Shown here piece after piece: positions 28,936 to 38,605 of a DNA stretch of 49,127 nucleotides. Made by a program: the position numbers and the translations under genes. Every line of letters starts with the position of its first letter. Position 1 is the first letter of the stretch. Source of the stretch: Planctomycetaceae bacterium (GTDB taxonomy: Bacteria; Planctomycetota; Planctomycetia; Pirellulales; UBA1268); assembly GCA_046076065.1 (NCBI GenBank), contig JBJTRH010000254.1:1-49127 (forward strand), written 5' to 3'. Below the pieces are notes generated by a model. The model worked only from the letters and a program-made list of their open reading frames with translations. It searched no databases and was not told the DNA's origin.

Positions 28936-29786
28936 TCGTCGCGGGAGATCGGGAAGTTCTTCGGGTCGAACCGCGAGAGATCGATGCCGCCTCGCGACTC
29001 CTCCTCGAGAAGCTTGACCCGCATCTCGAGCCGCTCGAGCCGCCGAGCCAGCATCGCCGGTGACTCGGCAGCCGGGGCGACCGGATTGACCCGTGGCACG
29101 GCCGGGTAGCCGAGCTGCCGCTGGAGGGCCGCGAAGAAGAACATCGGGTCCTTGCCGCGATTGGCCCGGGCGATCCGCCCTTCCTTCTCGCCGAACAGGA
29201 TCGCACGATCCGGCTCGGGCACCGGGCGGCCGGCCGCGGCCGCGTCGCGCTTGCCCACCCGCCAGTATTCGGGACTCCTCACGAAGACGAGGTCGGCCAG
29301 GTCGATCAGCCCGACCTGCCGTGATACCGTCTCGATCCAGGCCCTCCAGTCGGCGTCGAACACGTCGTCGCCGGCGATCGCGGCCAGGCCCCGCGCGTAG
29401 TCGAGGCGGTTCCGCGAGAGGCACTCGAAGCGATACAGAAACAGCCCCTGCGGCGTGGCCCCATCGGCTCGGTACGTCGCCTCCCGCTCGAGCATCGCCA
29501 GGGCCGTTCGCATGTCGAACCTGCCCCCTTCCTCCTCGGCGGTGGCGATCACGAACGTCTGGAAGCGGGTGAAGTAGTGCGGCAGCCGTGCCATCGCCGT
29601 CGAGAGCGTGCCCACGAGCTTGAGTTCGCCCGCCAGGTAGTCGAGCGCCATCGGGAGCTTGGAGGTGGCGAGCACCTCCTGGCCGATGGCCACGAGCGCC
29701 TCCTGGGCCGCGATTCCGGCCACGATCCGCTCCCCGAACGACCGGAACAGGTAGGCCTGTTCGATGTATTCCTCGCGGTCGAGCAT
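28932..29786 (-). CDS. Conserved hypothetical protein, translationally coupled to the glycerate kinase gene
   Basis: MLDREEYIEQAYLFRSFGERI... has ordinary globular composition. The stop overlaps the glycerate kinase ATG (ATGA at 28932-28935). ATG at 29786 is preferred over the ORF opening at 29816. Confidence 0.6.
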   Translation of the reverse strand: MLDREEYIEQAYLFRSFGERIVAGIAAQEALVAIGQEVLATSKLPMALDYLAGELKLVGTLSTAMARLPHYFTRFQTFVIATAEEEGGRFDMRTALAMLEREATYRADGATPQGLFLYRFECLSRNRLDYARGLAAIAGDDVFDADWRAWIETVSRQVGLIDLADLVFVRSPEYWRVGKRDAAAAGRPVPEPDRAILFGEKEGRIARANRGKDPMFFFAALQRQLGYPAVPRVNPVAPAAESPAMLARRLERLEMRVKLLEEESRGGIDLSRFDPKNFPISRDE

Positions 29787-29806
29787 CGTGTGGATCCACG
29801 CGCAGC

Positions 29807-29883
29807 GGGCGGGCACCCCGGGGCCGCGTCCGCCAGCATCCTATAATGAAGATGGTTCCCACACACCCGCCCGGTGCCCGCCC
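29807..29883. repeat. 11-bp perfect inverted repeat bracketing the divergent intergenic region (GGGCGGGCACC ... GGTGCCCGCCC)
   Basis: Left arm 29807-29817. Right arm 29873-29883, ending immediately before the ribBA ATG. Confidence 0.6.
29842..29847 (+). promoter_or_regulatory. Perfect TATAAT hexamer 37 nt upstream of ribBA (candidate -10 box; no convincing -35)
   Basis: TATAAT was read directly in an otherwise GC-rich intergenic region. Confidence 0.25.
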
Positions 29884-31092
29884 ATGCCCATCCGATTCTC
29901 GTCCGTCGAGTCCGCCATCGCCGCCATCGCCCGCGGAGAGGTCGTGATCGTGGCCGACGACGAGGACCGCGAGAACGAGGGCGACTTCGTCTGCGCGGCC
30001 GACGCCTCCACGACCGAGGTGGTCAACTTCATGATCCGCGAGGGCCGCGGCCAGGTCTGCATGTCGATCCTCCCCGACGTGGCCCGGCGCCTCGACCTGC
30101 CGATGATGGTGGCGACCAACTCGGCCCCGCTGGGAACGGCGTTCACCGTGCCGGTCGACCACCGCTCCACCAAGACCGGCATCACCGCCGCGGAACGCGC
30201 GGCGACCGTCGCCGCGATTCTCGACCCCACGAGCGTGCCGACCGACTTCGTCCACCCGGGGCACCTGTTTCCGCTCGTGGCGAAGGAAGGCGGCGTGCTC
30301 CGCCGCGCGGGCCATACCGAGGCGGCGGTCGACCTGGCACGGCTGGCCGGCCGGCCGCCGGCAGGGGTGATCTGCGAGATCCTCGACGACTCGGGCAACC
30401 GGGCCGACCGCGAAGGCCTGTTCGCGCTCGCAGCCCGACACGGTCTGGAGATCATATCGATCGAGCAGCTGATCCGTCATAGGCGGGCCCGCGAGAACCT
30501 CGTCGAGCGGATCGCCGAGGCCGACCTGCCGACGAGGTGGGGGAGGTTTCGGATCGCGGCCTACGGGGTCAAGTACGAGACGCAGCAGCCGATCGTGCTC
30601 GTGATGGGAGACGTCGCCACGGCAGCCGCGCCGCTGGTGCGGCTCCACTCCTCGTGCTTCACCGGCGACCTGCTCGACAGCCTGCGGTGCGACTGCGGCG
30701 ACCAGTTGCACCTGGCGCTCGAAATGATCGGCCGCGAGGGCTGCGGCGTGCTCGTCTACCTTCCCCAGGAGGGCCGCGGCATCGGGCTCGTCGAAAAGAT
30801 CCGGGCCTACCAGCTGCAGGACCGCGGGCTCGACACGGTTGAGGCGAACCTGGCCCTCGGCTACAAGGCCGACGCCCGCGAATACGGAGTCGGCATCCAG
30901 ATCCTCAAGGACCTCGGCCTGCGGCGGGTTCGCCTGCTGACCAACAATCCGAAGAAGACCGACGCCTTCATCTACGGCGGCTTCGATCTGGAGGTGGTCG
31001 ACCAGGTGCCGATCCTGCCTCCGGTGCACGAGTTCAACGAGCGGTATCTCGCCACGAAGCGCGAGAAGCTCGGGCACAAGTTCCCCGGCTGA
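29884..31092 (+). CDS. ribBA: Bifunctional 3,4-dihydroxy-2-butanone-4-phosphate synthase / GTP cyclohydrolase II
   Basis: VIVADDEDRENEGDFV, GHTEAAVDLARLAG (RibB half) and RLHSSCFTGDLLDSLRCDCGDQL, QEGRGIGL, LLTNNPKK (RibA half). Confidence 0.93.
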   Translation: MPIRFSSVESAIAAIARGEVVIVADDEDRENEGDFVCAADASTTEVVNFMIREGRGQVCMSILPDVARRLDLPMMVATNSAPLGTAFTVPVDHRSTKTGITAAERAATVAAILDPTSVPTDFVHPGHLFPLVAKEGGVLRRAGHTEAAVDLARLAGRPPAGVICEILDDSGNRADREGLFALAARHGLEIISIEQLIRHRRARENLVERIAEADLPTRWGRFRIAAYGVKYETQQPIVLVMGDVATAAAPLVRLHSSCFTGDLLDSLRCDCGDQLHLALEMIGREGCGVLVYLPQEGRGIGLVEKIRAYQLQDRGLDTVEANLALGYKADAREYGVGIQILKDLGLRRVRLLTNNPKKTDAFIYGGFDLEVVDQVPILPPVHEFNERYLATKREKLGHKFPG

Positions 31093-31108
31093 CGCGGTGG
31101 CACGAAAG

Positions 31109-31138
31109 TTGACCTCGGCCCGAGCGGCCCCGTAGCAT
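31109..31138 (+). promoter_or_regulatory. Candidate sigma70-like promoter for the ABC importer operon (TTGACC - 18 nt - TAGCAT)
   Basis: Hexamers read at 31109-31114 and 31133-31138, about 30 nt upstream of the ATG at 31168. Planctomycete promoter consensus is poorly known. Confidence 0.25.
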
Positions 31139-31144
31139 CGGGGC
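31127..31144 (+). terminator. Hairpin GCCCCG-TAGCAT-CGGGGC followed by TTTCC, downstream of ribBA
   Basis: Perfect 6-bp stem about 35 nt after the ribBA stop, with a short T-run. Confidence 0.3.
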
Positions 31145-31167
31145 TTTCCGCAGTCCGGAGGCGATGC

Positions 31168-33141
31168 ATGCCCATCCGCGTCAGCCAGGTGATCGGCCGC
31201 CTCCTCCACCCTCGGAGACGGGTGGTCGTCATGGCCGCCCTGCTGCTGGCGACGGTCGCGGGATGCAGCCGGTCCAAGAAGGGTCGGCTCGTGGCGGAGC
31301 CGGAGGCGCCGGCAGCGCCCGTGGCCCCTATCGACGCCGGCCCGTCGCGGGCCCCGGCCGCCTTCGAGCCGCCGTCGCTCGAGCAGGTCGATCGGGATGC
31401 CCGATGGATCGACCGGCCTGTGAAAGATGCGCTCGTCCTGCTGCGCGAGGAGCAGGCCAAGGAGCCGGTGCTCGGCACCGTCGCCGAGGCGCTCGAGGCA
31501 CGCAACGACTCGCCGCGGGCCAACGCCCTGATCCTGTCGGCACTCGGCCGCCTTCCCGACCAGGGCCAGGCCGACCTCGACGCCCGCATCGACCGGCACG
31601 TCACCGGCGACCTGGGCAGCACCAATCCCATCCTGATCAGTTCCAGCGCCGAGTTCGACATTCTTGGGCTCACCGGGTTCGGGTTGTTCTCCTTCGACCG
31701 TGCCCTCGAGCCCTTCGCGAATGCGGAGACCGTCGTCAGCTGGCAGACGAGCGCCGACGGGCTGCTCGACAAGGTGGTGATCCGGGACGACCTCGTCTGG
31801 AGCGACGGCAAGCCGATCACCGCCCGTGACGTGGCCTTCACGTACGACGTGATCATGGATCCGCGGGTGCCCGTGCCCGCCGTGCGCAACGGCACCGACA
31901 AGCTCCGGGGGGTGCATGCCTACGACGATCGCACGCTCGTGTTCTTCCACGAGGAGCCGCTGGCGACGAACGTCTGGAACATCAACTTTCCCGTGCTGCC
32001 GAAGCACGTCTACGAGACGACCTGGGAAGACGACCCGACCCTCAAGGACAGTCCGGCGCACGTCGCGCTCGAGGAGAAGCCGGTTTCGGGCGGGCCTTAC
32101 GAGATCCTGTCCCGCAAGCGGGGGCAGGAGATCGTGCTGCGACGCCGCGACAGCTGGAGCACCGTGGGCGGCCGGACGGTCCGCGAGCCCCCGTTCTTCA
32201 AGGACATCCGTTTCCGGATCATCGAGGATCCCAACACGGCCCTGCTCGCGCTGAAATCGGGAGAGATCGACGAGATGATCCTCCAGCCCGAGCAGTGGAC
32301 CACGCAGACCGGCGACGCCGACTTCGATCGGCTCAACACCAAGGCCACGGCGCCGGAGTGGGTGAGCTTCCACTTCGCGTGGAACATCGGCGAGCCGTTC
32401 TTCGCCGATCGCCGCGTGCGACGGGCCATGAGCTACGCGTTCGACCACGACCGGATGCTCGAAAAGATCTGCCTTGGGCTGTATCAGCCCTGTGCCGGCA
32501 ACTTCCCGCCGGGGTCGTGGATGGCCGGCCCGAAGAAGCTCGAGCCCTACAAGCAGGATCTCGACCGGGCCGAGGCCCTGCTCGACGAGGCGGGCTGGAT
32601 CGACCACGACAACGACGGCATCCGCGACAAGGAGATCGACGGCCGGCTCGTGCCCTTCGAGTTCACGCTGCTGGTGAACCAGCAGCCGTTCCGGATCGCG
32701 ATCTGCACCCTCCTCAAGGAGAACCTCGAGCAGATCGGCGTGATCGCCAACGTGCGGCCCGTGGAGGTGACGGCCCTGCAGGAGATGATGCAGAAGAAGA
32801 CGTTCCAGGCCTGCTTCTCGGGCTGGGGATCCGGTACCGATCCCGACTCGTCGGAAAATATCTGGAAGACCGGCGAGATGCGGAACTACTGCGGCTATTC
32901 CAACCCCGAGGTCGACCGGCTCTTCGCCGAGGGCCGCCGCGAGCTCGACCGCTCCCGCCGGGCCGAGAAATACGCGCGGATCCAGGAGATCCTCTCCGAG
33001 GATCAGCCCTACACCTGGCTGTTCTGGCGGAACAGCTTCTACGGGTTCTCGAAGAGCCTGCGCGGCTACGTGTTCAGTCCGCGCGGCCCGTACCATTATT
33101 CGCCCGGGGCCGGCAGCCTCTGGAAGCCGCGGGCCGAGTGA
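31168..33141 (+). CDS. ABC transporter substrate-binding lipoprotein, family 5 (Opp/Dpp/nickel type)
   Basis: Lipobox LLATVAGC. The length, VWSDGKPITARDVAFTYD and FPVLPKHVYE motifs are typical of SBP_bac_5. Confidence 0.88.
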   Translation: MPIRVSQVIGRLLHPRRRVVVMAALLLATVAGCSRSKKGRLVAEPEAPAAPVAPIDAGPSRAPAAFEPPSLEQVDRDARWIDRPVKDALVLLREEQAKEPVLGTVAEALEARNDSPRANALILSALGRLPDQGQADLDARIDRHVTGDLGSTNPILISSSAEFDILGLTGFGLFSFDRALEPFANAETVVSWQTSADGLLDKVVIRDDLVWSDGKPITARDVAFTYDVIMDPRVPVPAVRNGTDKLRGVHAYDDRTLVFFHEEPLATNVWNINFPVLPKHVYETTWEDDPTLKDSPAHVALEEKPVSGGPYEILSRKRGQEIVLRRRDSWSTVGGRTVREPPFFKDIRFRIIEDPNTALLALKSGEIDEMILQPEQWTTQTGDADFDRLNTKATAPEWVSFHFAWNIGEPFFADRRVRRAMSYAFDHDRMLEKICLGLYQPCAGNFPPGSWMAGPKKLEPYKQDLDRAEALLDEAGWIDHDNDGIRDKEIDGRLVPFEFTLLVNQQPFRIAICTLLKENLEQIGVIANVRPVEVTALQEMMQKKTFQACFSGWGSGTDPDSSENIWKTGEMRNYCGYSNPEVDRLFAEGRRELDRSRRAEKYARIQEILSEDQPYTWLFWRNSFYGFSKSLRGYVFSPRGPYHYSPGAGSLWKPRAE

Positions 33142-33144
33142 GCG

Positions 33145-34130
<986 letters not shown>

Positions 34131-34131
<1 letters not shown>

Positions 34132-35195
34132 TGGCGTCGGCCGCGGGATTCTGGGGCGAGGCCTGGCGGCGCTACCGGCGTCGGCCGCTGGCGATGGCCG
34201 CGCTGCTGTTCGTGGGCTTCCTGGTCGCCGTGGCGGTGCTCGCGCCGGCGATCGCGGGCACGAAGCCCGTGCTCTGCCGCTACAAGGGCCGGCTCTACGC
34301 GCCGTGCCTGGGCTACTTCGACCGCCGGCTCGAGCCCGCGATCTTCGCGAAGGACAAGTTTCGCGGCACGTATCCCCGGAACCTCGCCGAGAAGGATCCC
34401 GACAGCTGGGCGGTCTGGCCGCTCATGTTCCAGGACCCCTACCGCGCCATCCGGGCCGACGAGTGGCCGGGCCGCCCGGAGAATCCGTCGATGGACAAGG
34501 GCGTGCCGAGCCGGTCCCACCCCTTCGGCACCGATCAGGCCGGTGTCGACGTGCTCGCGAAGATGGTGCACGGCACGACGGTCGCGCTCCTGGTCGGCTT
34601 CGTGTCGATGGGCCTGGCGGCCGCGATCGGCATTGCTGTGGGCGCCCTCGGCGGATACTTCGGCGGCTGGGTCGACGCCGTCACCAGCCGGATCACCGAG
34701 ATCGTGATGTGTATCCCGACGCTGGTCCTGATCCTGGCGATCGTGGCGATCATCGAGAAGCCGACGATCTGGCACACGATGGCGATCATCGGCTGCACGG
34801 GCTGGACCGGCCTCGCGCGGCTCACGCGGGGCGAGTTCCTGCGGCTCAAAGGAGCCGAATACGTGACCGCCGCGCGGGCTGCCGGCGCCGGACCGCTGCG
34901 GATCATGGCGCGCCACATCCTGCCCAACGCGCTGGCGCCGATTCTCGTGCCGATCACCTTCGGCATCGCCGCGGCGATCCTCGTCGAGAGCGGCCTGTCG
35001 TTCCTTGGCTTCGGGCCGCCGCCGCCGTCGGCGAGCTGGGGCTCGATCCTCAACGGGGCCCGCTCGAACCTCGCCATGTGGTGGCTCGTCGTGTTTCCGG
35101 GCATCGCCATCTTCCTGACCGTGCTGGCCTACAACCTCGTCGGCGAGGGCCTTCAGGAGGCCACCGATCCGCGGCTCCGGGAGGCGCGAAAGTAG
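34131..35195 (+). CDS. ABC transporter permease (DppC/OppC-like)
   Basis: HPFGTDQAGVDVLAKMVHG, YVTAARAAGAGPLRIMARHILPN. The ATG overlaps the upstream TGA (TGATG). Confidence 0.9.
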
Positions 35196-35199
35196 CCCC

Positions 35200-36246
35200 A
35201 TGCCGCTGCTCGACATCCGCAATCTCGTGACGGCGTTCCACACTGCCGACGGCCGCGTGCCGGCGGTCGACGGTGTGTCGCTGCAGATCGAGCGGGGCCG
35301 TGCCCTGGGGCTGGTCGGCGAGAGCGGCTGCGGGAAGAGCGTGACCGCGATGTCGATCCTCGGGCTGGTGGCGGCGCCCGGCGTGGTCGAGTCGGGCTCG
35401 ATCCTGCTCGACGCGGCCGGGGGACCGCTCGATCTCGTCTCGATGCCCGAGCCTGCCCTGCGGGCGGTTCGCGGTGGACGGATCGGGATGATCTTCCAGG
35501 AGCCGATGACGAGCCTCAATCCGGTGTTCACCGTCGGCGACCAGATCGCCGAGGCGGTGCTGCTGCACCGGCCCGTCGGCAGGGCGGCGGCCCGGGCCCG
35601 GGCGCTCGAGATGCTCAGGCTCGTGCGGCTCGCCGATCCCGAGCGGCGGCTCGACGAGTACCCCCACCAGCTCTCCGGCGGCATGCGGCAGCGGGTGATG
35701 ATCGCGATGGCGCTCGCCTGCGAACCCGATCTCGTGATCGCCGACGAGCCCACGACGGCGCTCGACGTCACGATCCAGGCGCAGATCCTCGACCTGCTCA
35801 CCGACCTCAGGCGGCGGCTCGGCACGGCCATCCTGCTGATCACGCACGATCTCGGGGTGGTGGCGGAGACGTGCGACGACGTCGCGGTGATGTATGCCGG
35901 CCGGATCGTCGAGCGGGCTCCGGCCGACGTGCTCTTCGCGCGGCCGCTGCACCCCTACACGATCGGCCTGCTGGCCGCGCGGCCTGATCTCGACGCCATC
36001 GGCGGCCGCCGCCCGCTGCTGCGGACGATTCCCGGCATGGTCCCGCCGCCGACGCGGTTTCCCGACGGCTGCCGCTTTCACCCGCGCTGTGTGTACGCTC
36101 GTGCCGCAGCTGGCTCCGACGGTCCGGCGTGCAGCGCTGCGCCGCCGGAGCTCCACGAGGTCGAGCCCGGCCACTTCGTGCGCTGCCACTACGCGACCCG
36201 GCTCGGCGATCCGCATCCGGCCGAGGTGGAGGTCGTCACCGCATGA
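35200..36246 (+). CDS. ABC transporter ATP-binding protein (DppD/OppD-like)
   Basis: Walker A GESGCGKS, signature LSGGMRQR, Walker B LVIADEPTTALD, C-terminal GCRFHPRC. Confidence 0.92.
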   Translation: MPLLDIRNLVTAFHTADGRVPAVDGVSLQIERGRALGLVGESGCGKSVTAMSILGLVAAPGVVESGSILLDAAGGPLDLVSMPEPALRAVRGGRIGMIFQEPMTSLNPVFTVGDQIAEAVLLHRPVGRAAARARALEMLRLVRLADPERRLDEYPHQLSGGMRQRVMIAMALACEPDLVIADEPTTALDVTIQAQILDLLTDLRRRLGTAILLITHDLGVVAETCDDVAVMYAGRIVERAPADVLFARPLHPYTIGLLAARPDLDAIGGRRPLLRTIPGMVPPPTRFPDGCRFHPRCVYARAAAGSDGPACSAAPPELHEVEPGHFVRCHYATRLGDPHPAEVEVVTA

Positions 36247-37307
36247 CGGCATCGGTCGAGCCACTCGTCGCGGTCAGCGACCTCCAGACGCACTTTCCGA
36301 TCCGCCGCGGGCTGCTCCGCCGGACGGTCGGCGCGGTGCGGGCCGTGGACGGCGTGAGCTTCACGATCGCCCCCGGACGGACGCTGGGCCTCGTCGGCGA
36401 GAGCGGCTGCGGCAAGACGACCGTCGGCAGGAGCGTGCTGCGGCTGGTGGAGCCGACGGCCGGCCGCGTGGTCGTCGCGGGGCACGACGTGCGGGCGCTT
36501 CGCGGCGCCCCGCTCCGCGCCCTTCGCCGCCGGATGCAGATCGTGTTCCAGGATCCGTATGGCTCGCTCAACCCGCGGATGACGGTGCGGCGGATCCTCG
36601 AGGAGGGTCTCGTGATCCACCGGCTCGGCGATCCGGCGGCGCGGCTCGACCGCATGCGGGCGGCACTCGACCGCACCGGCATGCCGGCCGCCGCCCTCGA
36701 TCGGTATCCCCACGAGTTCTCCGGCGGCCAGCGGCAGCGGATCGCGATCGCCCGGGCGCTGGTGCTCGAGCCGGAGTTCGTGGTGCTCGACGAGCCGATC
36801 TCGGCGCTCGACGTCTCGATCCAGGCCCAGGTGCTCAACCTGCTCGTCGAACTCCGCGACCGGCTCGGCCTGACCTATCTCTTCATCTCGCACGATCTTG
36901 CCGCCGTGGAGTACGTCGCCGACGAGGTGGCCGTGATGTACCTGGGGCGGATCGTCGAGCAGGCCCCGGCAGCCGAACTCCGCCGCCGTGCCCTCCATCC
37001 CTACACCATCGCGCTGTTCTCCGCCGTGCCGTCGGTCGACGCGCGGCAGCGCCGCCGCCGGATCGTGCTGAGCGGCGACGTGCCCAGCCCGGCCCGCCCC
37101 CCCGCGGGCTGCAGGTTTCATCCGCGGTGCCCGCTTGCCGAGTCGATCTGTCGCACGACGGATCCGCCGCCGGTCTGTGTCGGCGGGCACCTCGTCCACT
37201 GCCATGTCGCGGCCCGGGAACTCGCGGCTTGCGGTGGTGACGAGTCCGCCGCCGCGGGCCGCGTGGCCGCCGCGCTAGCGAAGGCCTCCGCTCCGGCGAT
37301 AGGATGA
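36243..37307 (+). CDS. ABC transporter ATP-binding protein (DppF/OppF-like)
   Basis: GESGCGKTT, FSGGQRQR, VVLDEPISALD, GCRFHPRCP. ATGA overlap with the upstream gene. Confidence 0.92.
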   Translation: MTASVEPLVAVSDLQTHFPIRRGLLRRTVGAVRAVDGVSFTIAPGRTLGLVGESGCGKTTVGRSVLRLVEPTAGRVVVAGHDVRALRGAPLRALRRRMQIVFQDPYGSLNPRMTVRRILEEGLVIHRLGDPAARLDRMRAALDRTGMPAAALDRYPHEFSGGQRQRIAIARALVLEPEFVVLDEPISALDVSIQAQVLNLLVELRDRLGLTYLFISHDLAAVEYVADEVAVMYLGRIVEQAPAAELRRRALHPYTIALFSAVPSVDARQRRRRIVLSGDVPSPARPPAGCRFHPRCPLAESICRTTDPPPVCVGGHLVHCHVAARELAACGGDESAAAGRVAAALAKASAPAIG

Positions 37308-38158
37308 CGAGGTCGCCGCGTGCCGCGACGCCCGTCTCCGGAGATTTCGCCGTGCGTCTTCCACGCCGTCCCCGTGCCGTCGCCGCGTTGCTGATGGTGA
37401 TCGGAGCCGCCATGCCATTGCGCGGCGACGAAGGGCCGCCGGAGATTGATCCGACGGGCGGTCTCCGCAGCCGGGCCGCCGTTCCGCAGGGCCCGACCCT
37501 CGGCGTCTCGCGCGAGGAACTCGTGCGCCAGTGGGACCTCGACGGCAACGGCACGATCGACGCCTCGGAGGCGAACGTCGCGCGGGCCCGGATGCGGCGG
37601 GCGCGGATCGAGACCGAACTGGGAACGGGCATCGACCCGCTCACCGGCAAGCCGCGGGTCGTCGCCGACCCCATGACGGAGGAGTCGCCCGAAGATGCTG
37701 CGGCATCGGGGGCCGAACTGCCGCCGGAAGCACGGGTGCGGTCGGCGGACGCAGACGCACCGCCCGGCACGCGGGTGCCGGGCGTCGGCCCGGTGGTGAG
37801 CGGCACGGCCGGTCCGCGGGTGCCATCGATCACCTCCACGGGATCAACGGCTCCCGGACGAGGGGCGGGCACGCGGCCCACGGTCACCGGCCCGACCTCC
37901 CGGAGCTCGCGTCCCGGATCGCTCACGGGAGGAACTCGGGCCGGCGCCCCGGCTGCGAGGTCCGGGTACGGTGCGGCCGAACGGAAGCCCGATCTCAATG
38001 CGGCGTTGCCGCGCAGGCTCGAGCGACCGGCGTTGTCGGGAACGGGCTCCACCCGGGGCGGCTTCATGCCCTCCGTGCGGTCGCCGGTCGCGCCCCGGCC
38101 GGCGCCGCTGGTTCCCACGACCCCCCGGGTGACCGCCGACGAGATCGGTGGATTCTGA
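37304..38158 (+). CDS. Membrane-anchored or secreted low-complexity protein with one EF-hand-like loop
   Basis: The ATG overlaps the stop of the preceding ATPase gene (ATGA). Hydrophobic N-region AVAALLMVIGAAM. DLDGNGTIDASE calcium-loop-like motif. The rest is Pro/Gly/Ser/Thr/Arg-rich. Third-position G/C bias fits this frame. Confidence 0.55.
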   Translation: MTRSPRAATPVSGDFAVRLPRRPRAVAALLMVIGAAMPLRGDEGPPEIDPTGGLRSRAAVPQGPTLGVSREELVRQWDLDGNGTIDASEANVARARMRRARIETELGTGIDPLTGKPRVVADPMTEESPEDAAASGAELPPEARVRSADADAPPGTRVPGVGPVVSGTAGPRVPSITSTGSTAPGRGAGTRPTVTGPTSRSSRPGSLTGGTRAGAPAARSGYGAAERKPDLNAALPRRLERPALSGTGSTRGGFMPSVRSPVAPRPAPLVPTTPRVTADEIGGF

Positions 38159-38163
38159 GAGGC

Positions 38164-38511
38164 ATGGCTGTCTTCCACTCGCCCAGCGCCGTAGCCGCAC
38201 GTGTTGATCCGGTGGCAGTCCTCCGGGCCGCCGGTGTCGCGGGCCCCGTGCTGGTCGTCGCCGACAACACTGCGATCGCCCGCGCGGCACCCGCGTGGGC
38301 CGATGCGTTCGCCGCGGCGGGCTGGCTCCATCGCGTGCTCGCCGCCGACCCAGCCGGGGATGACGAGGTTGCGGCGATCGCTGCCGAGGCTGCGTCGTGC
38401 GACGCCACGGCCATCGTCGCCGCCGGTGATGCGGCGGTGGTCTCGGTCGCAGAACGGGCCGCCGCCGTGCGCCGGGTGCCCTGCGTCGTCCTGCCGTCCG
38501 CGGTGGGGTGA
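38164..38511 (+). CDS. Small protein resembling only the N-terminal Rossmann half of the Fe-ADH / dehydroquinate-synthase-like superfamily
   Basis: 115 aa. PVLVVADNTAI...DATAIVAAGDAAVVSVAERAA..VPCVVLPSAVG follows the layout of the nucleotide-binding half. AGDAA replaces the usual GGGS. No catalytic C-terminal half follows in any frame. Confidence 0.35.
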   Translation: MAVFHSPSAVAARVDPVAVLRAAGVAGPVLVVADNTAIARAAPAWADAFAAAGWLHRVLAADPAGDDEVAAIAAEAASCDATAIVAAGDAAVVSVAERAAAVRRVPCVVLPSAVG

Positions 38512-38605
38512 CGTCGAGCCGGCTACACTCTGGCCGGGGGGCTGCCATGTCCGCCGCTTCCGTCGTCCTGCAGTCCTTCATCCAGCTTCTTGAGCCCAGA
38601 TCGAC

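Noticed and set aside
29787-29883. An FMN (RFN) riboswitch, which would be expected upstream of ribBA.
   Set aside because: The intergenic region is only 97 nt and I could not recognise the conserved RFN segments. An Infernal scan would be decisive. See the inverted-repeat finding instead.
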